IMG/VR virus record: IMGVR_UViG_3300044701_002789
Span: 62,001-126,000 of that record
DNA: 64,000 nucleotides
Strand: one strand, 5' to 3'
Below, one piece after another: positions 7,145-16,267 of the stretch. The notes below the pieces were generated by a model, which saw only the letters and a program-made list of their open reading frames with translations, made no database searches and had not been told where the DNA came from. Within the stretch, counting starts at the first letter, position 1, and every line of letters begins with the position of its first letter. The translations under genes were made by a program, and so were the position numbers.

Positions 7145-9499
7145 TCAAATAGTGCAACTTTCACAACTTTCTTCATCAGAATTTGAAATATCATCTAAGA
7201 GAGATTCAAGTTTTGCTTTAGCGTCATGAACCACTTCACCATTAAAATTTTCCAAATGGATTTTTCCAGCATGAAGATCAACTACTTCATCGGATTTAAT
7301 GTCATATGTGTTTTGATAATATGCAGTTTTCCAACCATACTTATAGAGTGTAAGAAGGTCTTGTGCCAATACACTCACAGGAACCTCATTGTTTGGATAG
7401 TTCTCTGGATTATAACTGGTATTACCAGAAATTGCTTGGTCAAAGAACTTCTGCATTACCGCAACAACATTAATATAACCACGATTACTCTTCATTTCCC
7501 AAAGAAGAGTATAATGATTCTTTAGAGACTGATACTGAGGAACAATCTGCTTAAGAGGTCCTTTCTTTGATTTTTTAATGGACAAGAAGTCTCTAGGTGG
7601 TTCAATTCCATTTGTTGCATTTGACACAACGGAACTGCTCTCCGAAGGCATTTGTGCGGACAATGTTGAGTGCCTAAGACCGTATTGTAGGATAGATGCC
7701 CTAAGAGATTCCCAATCATGTTGTAGTGGTATTGATGAAATTTCGTCTACTTCTTTTTTATAAGTGTCAATTGGAAGAATTCCTTCAGCATACTTAGTAC
7801 GACCAAAGTATTCACAATGACCCTTTTCTTTTGCAAGTTGATTAGATGCCTTTAATAGGTAATACTGAAAACTTTCAGAAAGACCATGAACCGCATCCCA
7901 TGCCTCTTGAGAATCGTAATTATATCCAAGTTTTGCAAGGTAATGTGCAAGACCAATATAACCAATTCCAAGAGCACGACGACGTTTGGTGAAATTCTCC
8001 GCTGCCTTGACTGGATAATTTTGATAATCAATCAGTTCATCTAGAGAACGAACCGCAAGATCACAAAGTTCTTCTAGTTCTTCATCAGATTTAACTTTAC
8101 CAACGTTGATTGCAGATAGAATGCAGGTTGCAATTTCTGCCTCATTGTCATCATCAATGTGCTGAAGTGGTGTAGTGGGAAGTGTGATTTCCTGGCAAAG
8201 ATTTGACATTGTAATCTGATCCTTAAAGGAACTATGAGAATTACAATGGTCAATATTCATAATGTAGATACGACCCGTCTCAGCACGTTCTTTGAGGAGA
8301 CTAAGAATAAGTTCCTGCGCTTTAACAGTTTTTTTCTTAACGGTTGGATCTTTTTCATATGAAACGTAGAGATCATCAAACCTGTCTGTTCCGAAAGAAT
8401 CATATAATCCAGGTACATCGTGCGGGGAGAAAAGCGTAATTTCACTGTCTTGAATAAACCTTTCATAAAATATCTTACTTAATTGAATTGAATAATCAAG
8501 TTTACGAACACGATTATCTTCAGTACCTTTGTTATTTTTGAGAACTAGAATGTCTTCTATTTCTTGGTGCCAGATTGGAAAGTGGACAGTCGCTGATCCA
8601 CCTCTGATGCCGTTTTGAGTGCAAGATCGGACAGTTGCTTCAAACTTTTTGAGGAAAGGGATAACGCCTGTGTGAATAACTTCTCCACCTCTGATTTTAC
8701 TGTTAATGCCACGGACTCGACCTGCTCCGATACCAATTCCTGCTCTTTGAGCAACATACCTAAAGATTGCAGAATCACCAGACTCAATACTAGGGAGGGT
8801 GTCATCAATATCAACAAGAACGCAACTTGCAAATTGACGAAGTGGGGTTCTAACTCCCCCCATGATTGGTGTAGGAATGTTGATTTTGTGTTTTGAGAGT
8901 GCATCGTAATATCTCTTTACATATGACATTCGTGTTTCTTTTGGATACCTTGAGAACTTTGTCAAGGCAATCATCATATACATGAACTGAGGGGATTCAA
9001 AAACATAACCAGTTGTTCTGTCCTGAACAAGATACTTATCTACTACTTGCCTAAGACCAGCATAAGTAAAAAGAAAATCTCTATCATGATCTATAAAAGA
9101 ATCTGCCTTTTCAATTTCTTCTATAGAATATTGAGTGTAAATATCACTATCATAAACTTCAGCGGAAACGCAATCAATAATATGCTGTTCCAGCGTAGGA
9201 AGTTCCTTCATTCTCCCATATAGTTGTTTACGAATAGCAAACAGTAGTAGTCTTGCAGCAACAAATTGATAATTAGGGTGATCTAAATCAATAAGATCAC
9301 TTGCACTGCGAATTAAAATTTCTTGAATTTCTTTAGTTGTAATTCCATCATAAAATTGAATACCTGATGTCATCTCAACTTGACTCGCAGAGACCCCTGC
9401 AAGACCCTTACACGCCTCTCCAACCATCAAGTGCATCTTGTCTAGGTCTAACGACTCTATACGTCCATCACGCTTTTTTACTTTCGTTCCGTTGCTCAT
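7145..9499 (-). CDS. nrdA: Ribonucleotide reductase class Ia alpha subunit
   Basis: N-terminal ATP cone (VKKRDG), SNLCQEI, APMPSESSS-type motif (AQMPSESSS), C-terminal CESC. Confidence 0.97.
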   Translation of the reverse strand: MSNGTKVKKRDGRIESLDLDKMHLMVGEACKGLAGVSASQVEMTSGIQFYDGITTKEIQEILIRSASDLIDLDHPNYQFVAARLLLFAIRKQLYGRMKELPTLEQHIIDCVSAEVYDSDIYTQYSIEEIEKADSFIDHDRDFLFTYAGLRQVVDKYLVQDRTTGYVFESPQFMYMMIALTKFSRYPKETRMSYVKRYYDALSKHKINIPTPIMGGVRTPLRQFASCVLVDIDDTLPSIESGDSAIFRYVAQRAGIGIGAGRVRGINSKIRGGEVIHTGVIPFLKKFEATVRSCTQNGIRGGSATVHFPIWHQEIEDILVLKNNKGTEDNRVRKLDYSIQLSKIFYERFIQDSEITLFSPHDVPGLYDSFGTDRFDDLYVSYEKDPTVKKKTVKAQELILSLLKERAETGRIYIMNIDHCNSHSSFKDQITMSNLCQEITLPTTPLQHIDDDNEAEIATCILSAINVGKVKSDEELEELCDLAVRSLDELIDYQNYPVKAAENFTKRRRALGIGYIGLAHYLAKLGYNYDSQEAWDAVHGLSESFQYYLLKASNQLAKEKGHCEYFGRTKYAEGILPIDTYKKEVDEISSIPLQHDWESLRASILQYGLRHSTLSAQMPSESSSVVSNATNGIEPPRDFLSIKKSKKGPLKQIVPQYQSLKNHYTLLWEMKSNRGYINVVAVMQKFFDQAISGNTSYNPENYPNNEVPVSVLAQDLLTLYKYGWKTAYYQNTYDIKSDEVVDLHAGKIHLENFNGEVVHDAKAKLESLLDDISNSDEESCESCTI

Positions 9500-10466
9500 A
9501 TTTTTTCCAATTAGTAAATTTGAGTTTTGCTTCCAACCCGAAATAGGTATTGGATTCTACCACATCCTGAACATTAAGTCCAGCAATGTACATTTGATTA
9601 ATATCCTTCTTGTCAATTGAAGAAGGCCAAATCACAACCTTTTCCCCACGATCAATACACTTTTCAATTCTAGAAATAATCTCTAGATTTCTGGGTTCAT
9701 TATCATAAATCCAAACCCTATCTCCAATATTAAGTTCTTCCACATTACCATCTGCTCCACAAAGAGCAATGCAGTTAGAAATAAACTCCGAATCAAATGG
9801 TCCCTCGGTAATGTAAACTGTCTTGTCTTTTTGTATATTATCAAGACCATAGATCTTCGGCGCATCTTCATCTAACATGATGGTGATGTATTTAACTAAT
9901 GGATTTGTTTTTAATGATCTTCCCTGAAACCCGATAAGTTCTTTATTGTAGAAAAGTGGTATTATTATCCTAGGTTCATCATATTTAACATTCTCAAAAG
10001 TTTGTTTAATTGAGTTAACCCATAGTTTAAATTTTTCAGTATAATAGAATTTATCTGAGTTTAATTTTCTACCTTCCAAATACTCTTTGGCAATTAGATT
10101 TTCTGATGCTTTTGGTAAATCTAATTTTTTACTAAATTTTGGTTTATCAAAGTTAAACTTGGGTTCTTCTACAACAAAATTTTTCCCAGTAAAACCAGAC
10201 TTAAATTTCTCCAAACAAAACTGCTTATGTAGAATTGGATCTATCTTTTTGAGAAAATTATTAAAAGACAAGTTTGCGCCACAATTGTGACACTTATAGT
10301 TCGTGTTACTTTTTATGGAATAAAAGTATCCCCTTGCCTTAGATTTATTCTTCTTAGAGTCCCCACAAATGGGACATCTACAATTATAAAGTCCGGGTTT
10401 AACTTTTTTAAATTTTTCTAGACGTGTTGACAATAGATTGATAAACTTATCATCAATCAAATTCAT
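9468..10466 (-). CDS. gp61: DNA primase gp61
   Basis: CPICGD...CHNC zinc ribbon; TOPRIM motif EGPFD. Confidence 0.93.
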   Translation of the reverse strand: MNLIDDKFINLLSTRLEKFKKVKPGLYNCRCPICGDSKKNKSKARGYFYSIKSNTNYKCHNCGANLSFNNFLKKIDPILHKQFCLEKFKSGFTGKNFVVEEPKFNFDKPKFSKKLDLPKASENLIAKEYLEGRKLNSDKFYYTEKFKLWVNSIKQTFENVKYDEPRIIIPLFYNKELIGFQGRSLKTNPLVKYITIMLDEDAPKIYGLDNIQKDKTVYITEGPFDSEFISNCIALCGADGNVEELNIGDRVWIYDNEPRNLEIISRIEKCIDRGEKVVIWPSSIDKKDINQMYIAGLNVQDVVESNTYFGLEAKLKFTNWKKYEQRNESKKA

Positions 10467-10468
10467 GA

Positions 10469-10858
10469 TCAGGGTTTCGGATTCTCCTGGATTATAACAG
10501 GAGTCGGGTCGGGTGTCAAGATGTCGCCAAATATATTATTTGGATTGTTGATTATTACGGTTAAAGCAATAATAATTCCCATACCAATCCACATCTTCTT
10601 TTCTATTTCTTGAATTCTAAGCAAAACTGCGTTATGATCGCTGTCCATTTTATCACGGAGTTTGTCAATCTTTGCAAATAATACTTCGTCCGCATTTTCT
10701 TGCTTTTGGATTTTTTGCTCATGTACCGCGAGTATTTTTCCTACGCTAATATTTACCTCGCTTAACTTTTCTATTGCATTATCTATTTTGACAACAACAT
10801 CTTTCAAGTCAACAAGTCTTTGCTCCAAAATAGCGACCTTTACAGATTCTTCTGACAT
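10469..10858 (-). CDS. Coiled-coil protein with a C-terminal transmembrane helix
   Basis: Heptad-rich body and MWIGMGIIIALTVII; start reassigned to ATG 10858. Confidence 0.7.
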   Translation of the reverse strand: MSEESVKVAILEQRLVDLKDVVVKIDNAIEKLSEVNISVGKILAVHEQKIQKQENADEVLFAKIDKLRDKMDSDHNAVLLRIQEIEKKMWIGMGIIIALTVIINNPNNIFGDILTPDPTPVIIQENPKP

Positions 10859-10868
10859 ATCCCATGCC

Positions 10869-10902
10869 CTTAGGTAAGTTTTTATCCTATAACTCACCTA
10901 AG
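10869..10902 (-). promoter_or_regulatory. 12-bp leader hairpin downstream of tandem late promoters (10921-10936)
   Basis: CTTAGGTGAGTT/AACTTACCTAAG with one G-U pair and a 10-nt loop. Confidence 0.5.
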
Positions 10903-10938
10903 CATTTAAACAGTCTAATATATTTATTTATTTATAAC

Positions 10939-11187
10939 TCACATCATACCCAAAGATTTCACCCAATCTTTGTATCTTTTGTTTACACTTCTTCCATCTA
11001 ATTTACCATTCTTTTTTTTGAAAAATGGAAGAGGATTAGATGTACCTGCATTAGGTCCACGAGAATCTGCATAAGCACTAAATCCTGCAGATCCATTAGG
11101 TGTTCCGGTATTCATAGATGGTCCACCTTCTTCTCTAAGATTCCTAAAATGTCTTACTATTATATCAGTTTTATCCATTTTTGTCAT
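10939..11187 (-). CDS. Hypothetical protein
   Basis: 82-aa ORF overlapping the upstream gene. Confidence 0.65.
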   Translation of the reverse strand: MTKMDKTDIIVRHFRNLREEGGPSMNTGTPNGSAGFSAYADSRGPNAGTSNPLPFFKKKNGKLDGRSVNKRYKDWVKSLGMM

Positions 11188-11557
11188 AGATTTTTTGAAG
11201 TTGTTCCAAACAAGTTATATCAACAAGTATATCGTGAATATAAGTCTTAGGGAACTCTGGAAGGCGATTCAGAAATAATATAATAGTTTTTACCTGAGAC
11301 CACATCTCTTTTTCAATTTTGAAAAATAACATAGGAGTTGTGGCCTCACCAAATATATTATAAAGAACAATAAAATGATTTATCAGTAAGTGGGTTTTTA
11401 AGATTCCCGTTTTTTTATATTTTTTCAGTAACCTCTTAATATATTTAAAATGATTTAAATCTTTTTGAAAATCATCTTTGGTTACTGCTTGAGGATTCTC
11501 GTAATTTTTTATTGCAAATAATAAAAAATTATCCTCATTCAATTCATTAAAAATCAT
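11171..11557 (-). CDS. Conserved T4-like hypothetical protein
   Basis: FAIKNYENP...FKYIKRLL...LLINH pattern; position upstream of primase as in cyanophages. Confidence 0.75.
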   Translation of the reverse strand: MIFNELNEDNFLLFAIKNYENPQAVTKDDFQKDLNHFKYIKRLLKKYKKTGILKTHLLINHFIVLYNIFGEATTPMLFFKIEKEMWSQVKTIILFLNRLPEFPKTYIHDILVDITCLEQLQKIYDKNG

Positions 11558-11567
11558 ATATTAATTA

Positions 11568-12431
11568 TCATGCGTAGGTAATTGTTGCTGCGGCAGAAAC
11601 AACTGAAACATCTCCAGAAACAATTTCAACAGTATATTCTCTTCCATCGTTTTTATCACTATCGTTTGCAACTGTAAGAATTGCAGTTTGAGTTCCAGAA
11701 TAATCTCCAGCATCAGAAAGTGCATTGGCATCCTCATACCACTGATAAGAAACTGGTGCATAGGAAGGAACTACAGTTACATCAACAGCAAATACTGCAT
11801 CTTCATCTGTTGCAATTCCAACCACATCTTCAGGGTCTGTCGTAATGGTGATGACTGCATCAGCAAAAACTACATCATCAGAAGCATCGCCAGAAGAAAT
11901 GTAAGAAGCAACGGTTCCGCTAGAAATTTCTGACATTGCAACAAGAGTTTCTGATTTAACTCTCAAATTGCCGTGCATATCAATATAAGTGTGGATTCCA
12001 ACCCAACCAGCATGAATACCACCATACTGTGTGGCAATTCCGGATGCTCCTGGGGACAAAAGACCAATTTCATACTTATCCACACCATAAACATCATGCT
12101 TAGGAATTGTGGTTGTTATTCCAACAACATTAGAAGAATAATTTGAATCTTCTAATGTGTAAATTGGTTTTTCTGATATTGTATATGCGACACCAGAAAT
12201 TACTGCACCAGTTAAGTATTGTGTGGTAGCAATAGCAATTAAACGGTCTGAAGTAATTCCAGAAATTACAGCAGACCCAAAAGTTCCACCAACTCCTATT
12301 GTTATTACATCGCCAGTAGAAATACCCGATGCAGTGAATGAAGTTGCAGATCCAATTATTTCTTTAGTTTCATAATTTACTTCTACAGTTCCTGTAGAAT
12401 AAAGACTATCTGCGATTCCCCAAAGTGCCAT
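11568..12431 (-). CDS. Virion structural protein with a C-terminal Ig-like domain
   Basis: MALWG start, beta-rich, VSYQWY Ig-like motif; late promoter TATAAATA at 12465-12472. Confidence 0.7.
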   Translation of the reverse strand: MALWGIADSLYSTGTVEVNYETKEIIGSATSFTASGISTGDVITIGVGGTFGSAVISGITSDRLIAIATTQYLTGAVISGVAYTISEKPIYTLEDSNYSSNVVGITTTIPKHDVYGVDKYEIGLLSPGASGIATQYGGIHAGWVGIHTYIDMHGNLRVKSETLVAMSEISSGTVASYISSGDASDDVVFADAVITITTDPEDVVGIATDEDAVFAVDVTVVPSYAPVSYQWYEDANALSDAGDYSGTQTAILTVANDSDKNDGREYTVEIVSGDVSVVSAAATITYA

Positions 12432-12472
12432 TCTTGTTACCTTTAACTAATTGTTTCGTAGAAGTATTTATA

Positions 12473-12501
12473 AAAAAGGAGAAGTATGTTACTTCTCCTT
12501 T
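12473..12501 (-). terminator. Intrinsic terminator
   Basis: GGAGAAGTA-ACA-TACTTCTCC followed by a T tract. Confidence 0.75.
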
Positions 12502-12668
12502 TCATTATTATTTTTTGTTGCCGCCACCAAAAAATGGTGTATAAATTGGTAAAGTGTATTTTCTTTTATATTTGGATTTCTTCCAATATATTCAGATAAT
12601 GCATATAGCACTGCAAAGAATATAGTTAGTCCACTATTTAATAGTAGACAACTATACCAAGTAATCAC
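12489..12668 (-). CDS. Small membrane protein (59 aa), possibly holin-like; not in the ORF track
   Basis: GTG start overlaps the upstream TGA (GTGA); translation MITWYSCLLLNSGLTIFFAVLYALSEYIGRNPNIKENTLYQFIHHFLVAATKNNNEKEK. Confidence 0.65.
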   Translation of the reverse strand: MITWYSCLLLNSGLTIFFAVLYALSEYIGRNPNIKENTLYQFIHHFLVAATKNNNEKEK

Positions 12669-12850
12669 TTCTCAGGGCAATTGGTGAGTAGTTTAGTTCT
12701 TACCATTTGTACTGCAACATTATCAATGTCATTATCAGTGCTTGCAGCATACTTTTCAAGAAGATGAATTACAAATCTTTTGACTTCACAACTTTGCCAG
12801 AACATACCGACAAGACTTTCACCTAATTTTACCAGCACATTAAAGTTCAT
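12665..12850 (-). CDS. Small hypothetical protein
   Basis: 61-aa ORF with GGAGG RBS; late box CTAAATA at 12881-12887. Confidence 0.7.
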   Translation of the reverse strand: MNFNVLVKLGESLVGMFWQSCEVKRFVIHLLEKYAASTDNDIDNVAVQMVRTKLLTNCPEK

Positions 12851-12891
12851 TGGTCTTCCTCCTATGGAAGTGGGTGTAATTATTTAGTATT

Positions 12892-15189
12892 TCAATCACC
12901 TGACCTATAACCACGAATTCCACCTAAACCATCTCTTGAATATACATCATTTTCATATTCTCTTGATGGAGTTGGTTTTGCTTTTTTTCGTGCAAGTCGC
13001 TGCATCGGAGTTGTTTGTTTTGGTTGTCCAGGTGGTTCATATCTACCAGGAACTCCTCTTCTTCTTCTATGTTGCGCGACAGTTCCGCCACTTCTAGTCA
13101 TCATCCCTTCAGGATTTTGTGCATCTTTAACTATTCGCATGGCTCTCCATGCAGGATCTTTTGTATTAGGTCTTGGTTGACCTTTTCTTGATCTTGCCCT
13201 TTCATCAATCATTTCACCTTCCATTTCGTAAGATTGATTTTGATTCTCTGAGGTTTCTGGTGGTTCAATTTTCTTCAATGCCTGCTGATTTGCCTTTGCA
13301 ACTTTTCCCTGCACTTGTGATAATTCTTTTTGGGTTTTTATTTGTTGTGGGGTTGTTGGATTCAAATCTTCTCTCAATCTAGATTGTTGCAATAACTTTT
13401 GAAGTAAACTTATAGTAGCGGCAGATTGTTGTCCTCTTGTTGTTCTAGGCGATTTCTGGCCAGAACTTCCTTTGGGATTAACAATTGCTTCATCTACTTT
13501 TTTGGGAATACCTTCATGCTTTGTTTTAGCAAAGTCACGAATTTTCTTTTCACTCATACTATCTACGATCTTAAGAACTTCAGCACTTGCTTCGGATCTT
13601 GGGGTTTCACCTCTTTTTACTGAAAGAGCAAGACCAAAAAGTTTTTGTTGCTGTTCACTTTCTGCCTTTTCGCAAATCATATTAAATTCTTCTTGAAGTT
13701 CACCAAATGTCCAATCGGAAAGGTCATATCCTTCATCAATCAAATAGGTAATCCACTCTCTAAAATGTGCAGTTCCTTGCTTTTTAAAAGCACCAGAAGC
13801 AGCACTTAGACCCCTACGGATTGCTTCTCCTGCATTTCCTCCAGATTTGCGGGTCTTCATCGCTTCTTTATGCCCTTCCCATGCAGATAAAACACCCCTA
13901 GCAATGGTATCTTTAATAGATCTTTTTTTATCTGGTTGAGATGAAGGTGCTTGAGTTTCTTTTGCCCGTTCAATATTTCTTTCCCTCTGCGAATCTTGTA
14001 ATCTTGTCAATACTTTTTGTCTTTCTGTTGGTTCGGGTTCTTGTTGTGTAGATTTTCTTGCAGATCTCCTTTTTTCATCTGCTGTTTTTTTTGTCGTAGC
14101 AGCACCACCTTTTAAATTAGATGCTCTTTTTCTAGATATTGGTTTTCCAGTAATTCTTTCTCTTGTTCTTGCAGGAAAAACAGTTTCTCCTGGTTTTAAT
14201 TTTCGTTCAATTAATAAACTATCTTCAGCAATATCAAATACCCATTCAACAAACTTTTCCTTTCCAAGTTCTTCAATAACAATTTCTACGCCATTCTCAT
14301 TTAACCCAAAGTTGTAGAAAAACTCAGTGGCAAGTTCAATAGCATTATCAAAATAAGACTCATCAAGTTCAACAGACTCAACAACATAACCACCAAGAAC
14401 AGAAATTTTTTCAGTAACTTCTGGTTTTAAATTTATAGTTTTATCTGCATAATTATCAACTTTTTTTTCTTTTATTTGTTTTTCATTTCGGGATGCTCTT
14501 TCATCAGCAACACCCAGAACTTCTTTAAGATCCTGACGCCAATCTGAAAATCCTTCACTCACTCCATATGTTTTTTTATTTTTAATGGCGTTGCTTCTAA
14601 CATTTCTGCGATTTGAAAGATACTTATCAGTTTTGGTATTAGATTTTCCATCATTATTAATATCACCGTCTTCTTGTCCAACTGGATCCAACTTACCTGC
14701 TCTAGATTTATCGTAATCATTTTTGGAACGATTACTACTAATTTCAACCGAACGAACTGTTGGTTTTGACCTTAATCTAGAAATTTCATCATATGGAACA
14801 TTTCTTTTATCTACAGTGCCATTTTGATAATTAATGGTCACATAAACCATTCTTGTTTCACTTTCTTCAGAAACTGCAACAGATCCACCAACTTTAATTC
14901 CTAGTTTTTCCTTTGCAGTCTTAATAACGTCTGCGCCATAATTTGTTTTTGAAGATCTCATTTGAAATGCCTTTTCTAGTGGAATATTATTTCTTTTCAT
15001 CAGATGACGAACATCATAGATAAATTGGCGAACTTTTTTTTCAAAAGTATCCACATCACCATCGTTATCCAAATCCGATGAAACTGGTTTAGATTTTTTG
15101 GGGGTAGATGCCCCAGGCTTCCCCAATTGTGGTTTAAAAACTTCTTCAAGATATGCGCTATGTAAATCAGTAGCAATATGAGAAAGCAT
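12892..15189 (-). CDS. Large mosaic virion/internal protein (DxDxDG motifs, EGY domain, DUF3008-like domain)
   Basis: DLDNDGDVD; DGDINNDG; YLIDEGYD; QQQKLFGLALSVKRGETP...MSEKKIRDFAKTK; late box ATAAATA at 15217-15223. Confidence 0.7.
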   Translation of the reverse strand: MLSHIATDLHSAYLEEVFKPQLGKPGASTPKKSKPVSSDLDNDGDVDTFEKKVRQFIYDVRHLMKRNNIPLEKAFQMRSSKTNYGADVIKTAKEKLGIKVGGSVAVSEESETRMVYVTINYQNGTVDKRNVPYDEISRLRSKPTVRSVEISSNRSKNDYDKSRAGKLDPVGQEDGDINNDGKSNTKTDKYLSNRRNVRSNAIKNKKTYGVSEGFSDWRQDLKEVLGVADERASRNEKQIKEKKVDNYADKTINLKPEVTEKISVLGGYVVESVELDESYFDNAIELATEFFYNFGLNENGVEIVIEELGKEKFVEWVFDIAEDSLLIERKLKPGETVFPARTRERITGKPISRKRASNLKGGAATTKKTADEKRRSARKSTQQEPEPTERQKVLTRLQDSQRERNIERAKETQAPSSQPDKKRSIKDTIARGVLSAWEGHKEAMKTRKSGGNAGEAIRRGLSAASGAFKKQGTAHFREWITYLIDEGYDLSDWTFGELQEEFNMICEKAESEQQQKLFGLALSVKRGETPRSEASAEVLKIVDSMSEKKIRDFAKTKHEGIPKKVDEAIVNPKGSSGQKSPRTTRGQQSAATISLLQKLLQQSRLREDLNPTTPQQIKTQKELSQVQGKVAKANQQALKKIEPPETSENQNQSYEMEGEMIDERARSRKGQPRPNTKDPAWRAMRIVKDAQNPEGMMTRSGGTVAQHRRRRGVPGRYEPPGQPKQTTPMQRLARKKAKPTPSREYENDVYSRDGLGGIRGYRSGD

Positions 15190-15193
15190 CTTC

Positions 15194-15787
15194 TTATTTT
15201 CGGTTAACTTTATACTTATTTATGAATTTCCTTATATTAAAATCTTTTATTTTTTTAGTTCCAGTCATATCCATAGTATACTGACGATAAGAATCTGTTC
15301 CAGTCTCTCGTTGATCTGCAGGAACTCCAGACTTATCAGTCCACTCAATGACATCTTTAATCCAAGGTTTAAACATCACACTATCTTCAGTGACGCAAAT
15401 TAAATAATTTGTACCTCTACGAATTATCTTTCCAACCAATCCATTATTCAAATTTTCTACCAAATCACCCTCATTAAATATTTCACCATTAATATACTTT
15501 TCTCTAAGATTTTTTTCGTATTCTTCCGAAACTTGATGAGAAGCAGGAACTAAAGGTGACGGTTTAGATCTATCTTGATCCGGATCTCGCTTTCCTGCTC
15601 TTTGATTTTTATTTGAAAATTTTATTCTAATTCCATTTGATTCAGTTTCAGATTCTCCCTCATACTCTCCAGTTTTTGGATTGTACCAACCACCATGACC
15701 ATCAGGAACTAATCCCAATCTCATGGCAGTAAGTTTTGCAAAATTTGGTTTATTTGCTTCTTTAATAAATTGGGAGAATTTTTTCAT
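15194..15787 (-). CDS. Homologue of the cyanophage 'cytidylyltransferase' locus lacking the catalytic domain; capsid-targeting-like N-terminus
   Basis: MKKFSQFIKEA, LGL..DGHGGW and GLVGKIIRRGTNYLICVTE are present; no FGRFNPP..GH motif. Confidence 0.6.
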   Translation of the reverse strand: MKKFSQFIKEANKPNFAKLTAMRLGLVPDGHGGWYNPKTGEYEGESETESNGIRIKFSNKNQRAGKRDPDQDRSKPSPLVPASHQVSEEYEKNLREKYINGEIFNEGDLVENLNNGLVGKIIRRGTNYLICVTEDSVMFKPWIKDVIEWTDKSGVPADQRETGTDSYRQYTMDMTGTKKIKDFNIRKFINKYKVNRK

Positions 15788-15820
15788 ATATTTTTGATTA
15801 TAATTATATTTATTGATACG

Positions 15821-15843
15821 AAAAAGAGGAGCGTTTGCTCCTC
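15821..15843 (-). terminator. Intrinsic terminator after mazG
   Basis: GAGGAGC-AAAC-GCTCCTC followed by T5. Confidence 0.8.
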
Positions 15844-15855
15844 TTTATTTACTAT

Positions 15856-16266
15856 TTAGACATCATTTTCTTCACGAACTTCTGATCGGTAAACATCAAA
15901 TGCCCCTTCTGGGTATCTTGCGCTAAGTTTTTCATAATTCATCTGCAAAATTTCATTGAAATTAGTATCCAATGCCATACATGCTTGAGCAATATACCAA
16001 CAAATATCTCCAAGTTCTCTTTTCATATGGAAGATATTTTCTTGATTATAAGGTTTTCCCTGCAAGAAGATTTTTTTCACAACCTCAGTGAATTCTCCCG
16101 CTTCTGCAGTTAATCCCAAAGCAGCAGTCATAAGACGACATGTATCTGCTTCCTGGGTTTCCAAATCAGTCAACCTAGTAACCAATGCTCCAAAATCGCT
16201 ACTAGCGGGCGATGTAGTCTGACGAACAAATTCAATATACTTATCAGAATCAATGTGCTTTTCCAT
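15856..16266 (-). CDS. mazG: MazG-like nucleoside triphosphate pyrophosphohydrolase
   Basis: GLTAEAGEFTEVVKK...ELGDICWY...NYEKLSARYP; start reassigned to ATG 16266, just after the gp41 stop. Confidence 0.9.
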   Translation of the reverse strand: MEKHIDSDKYIEFVRQTTSPASSDFGALVTRLTDLETQEADTCRLMTAALGLTAEAGEFTEVVKKIFLQGKPYNQENIFHMKRELGDICWYIAQACMALDTNFNEILQMNYEKLSARYPEGAFDVYRSEVREENDV

Positions 16267-16267
16267 A

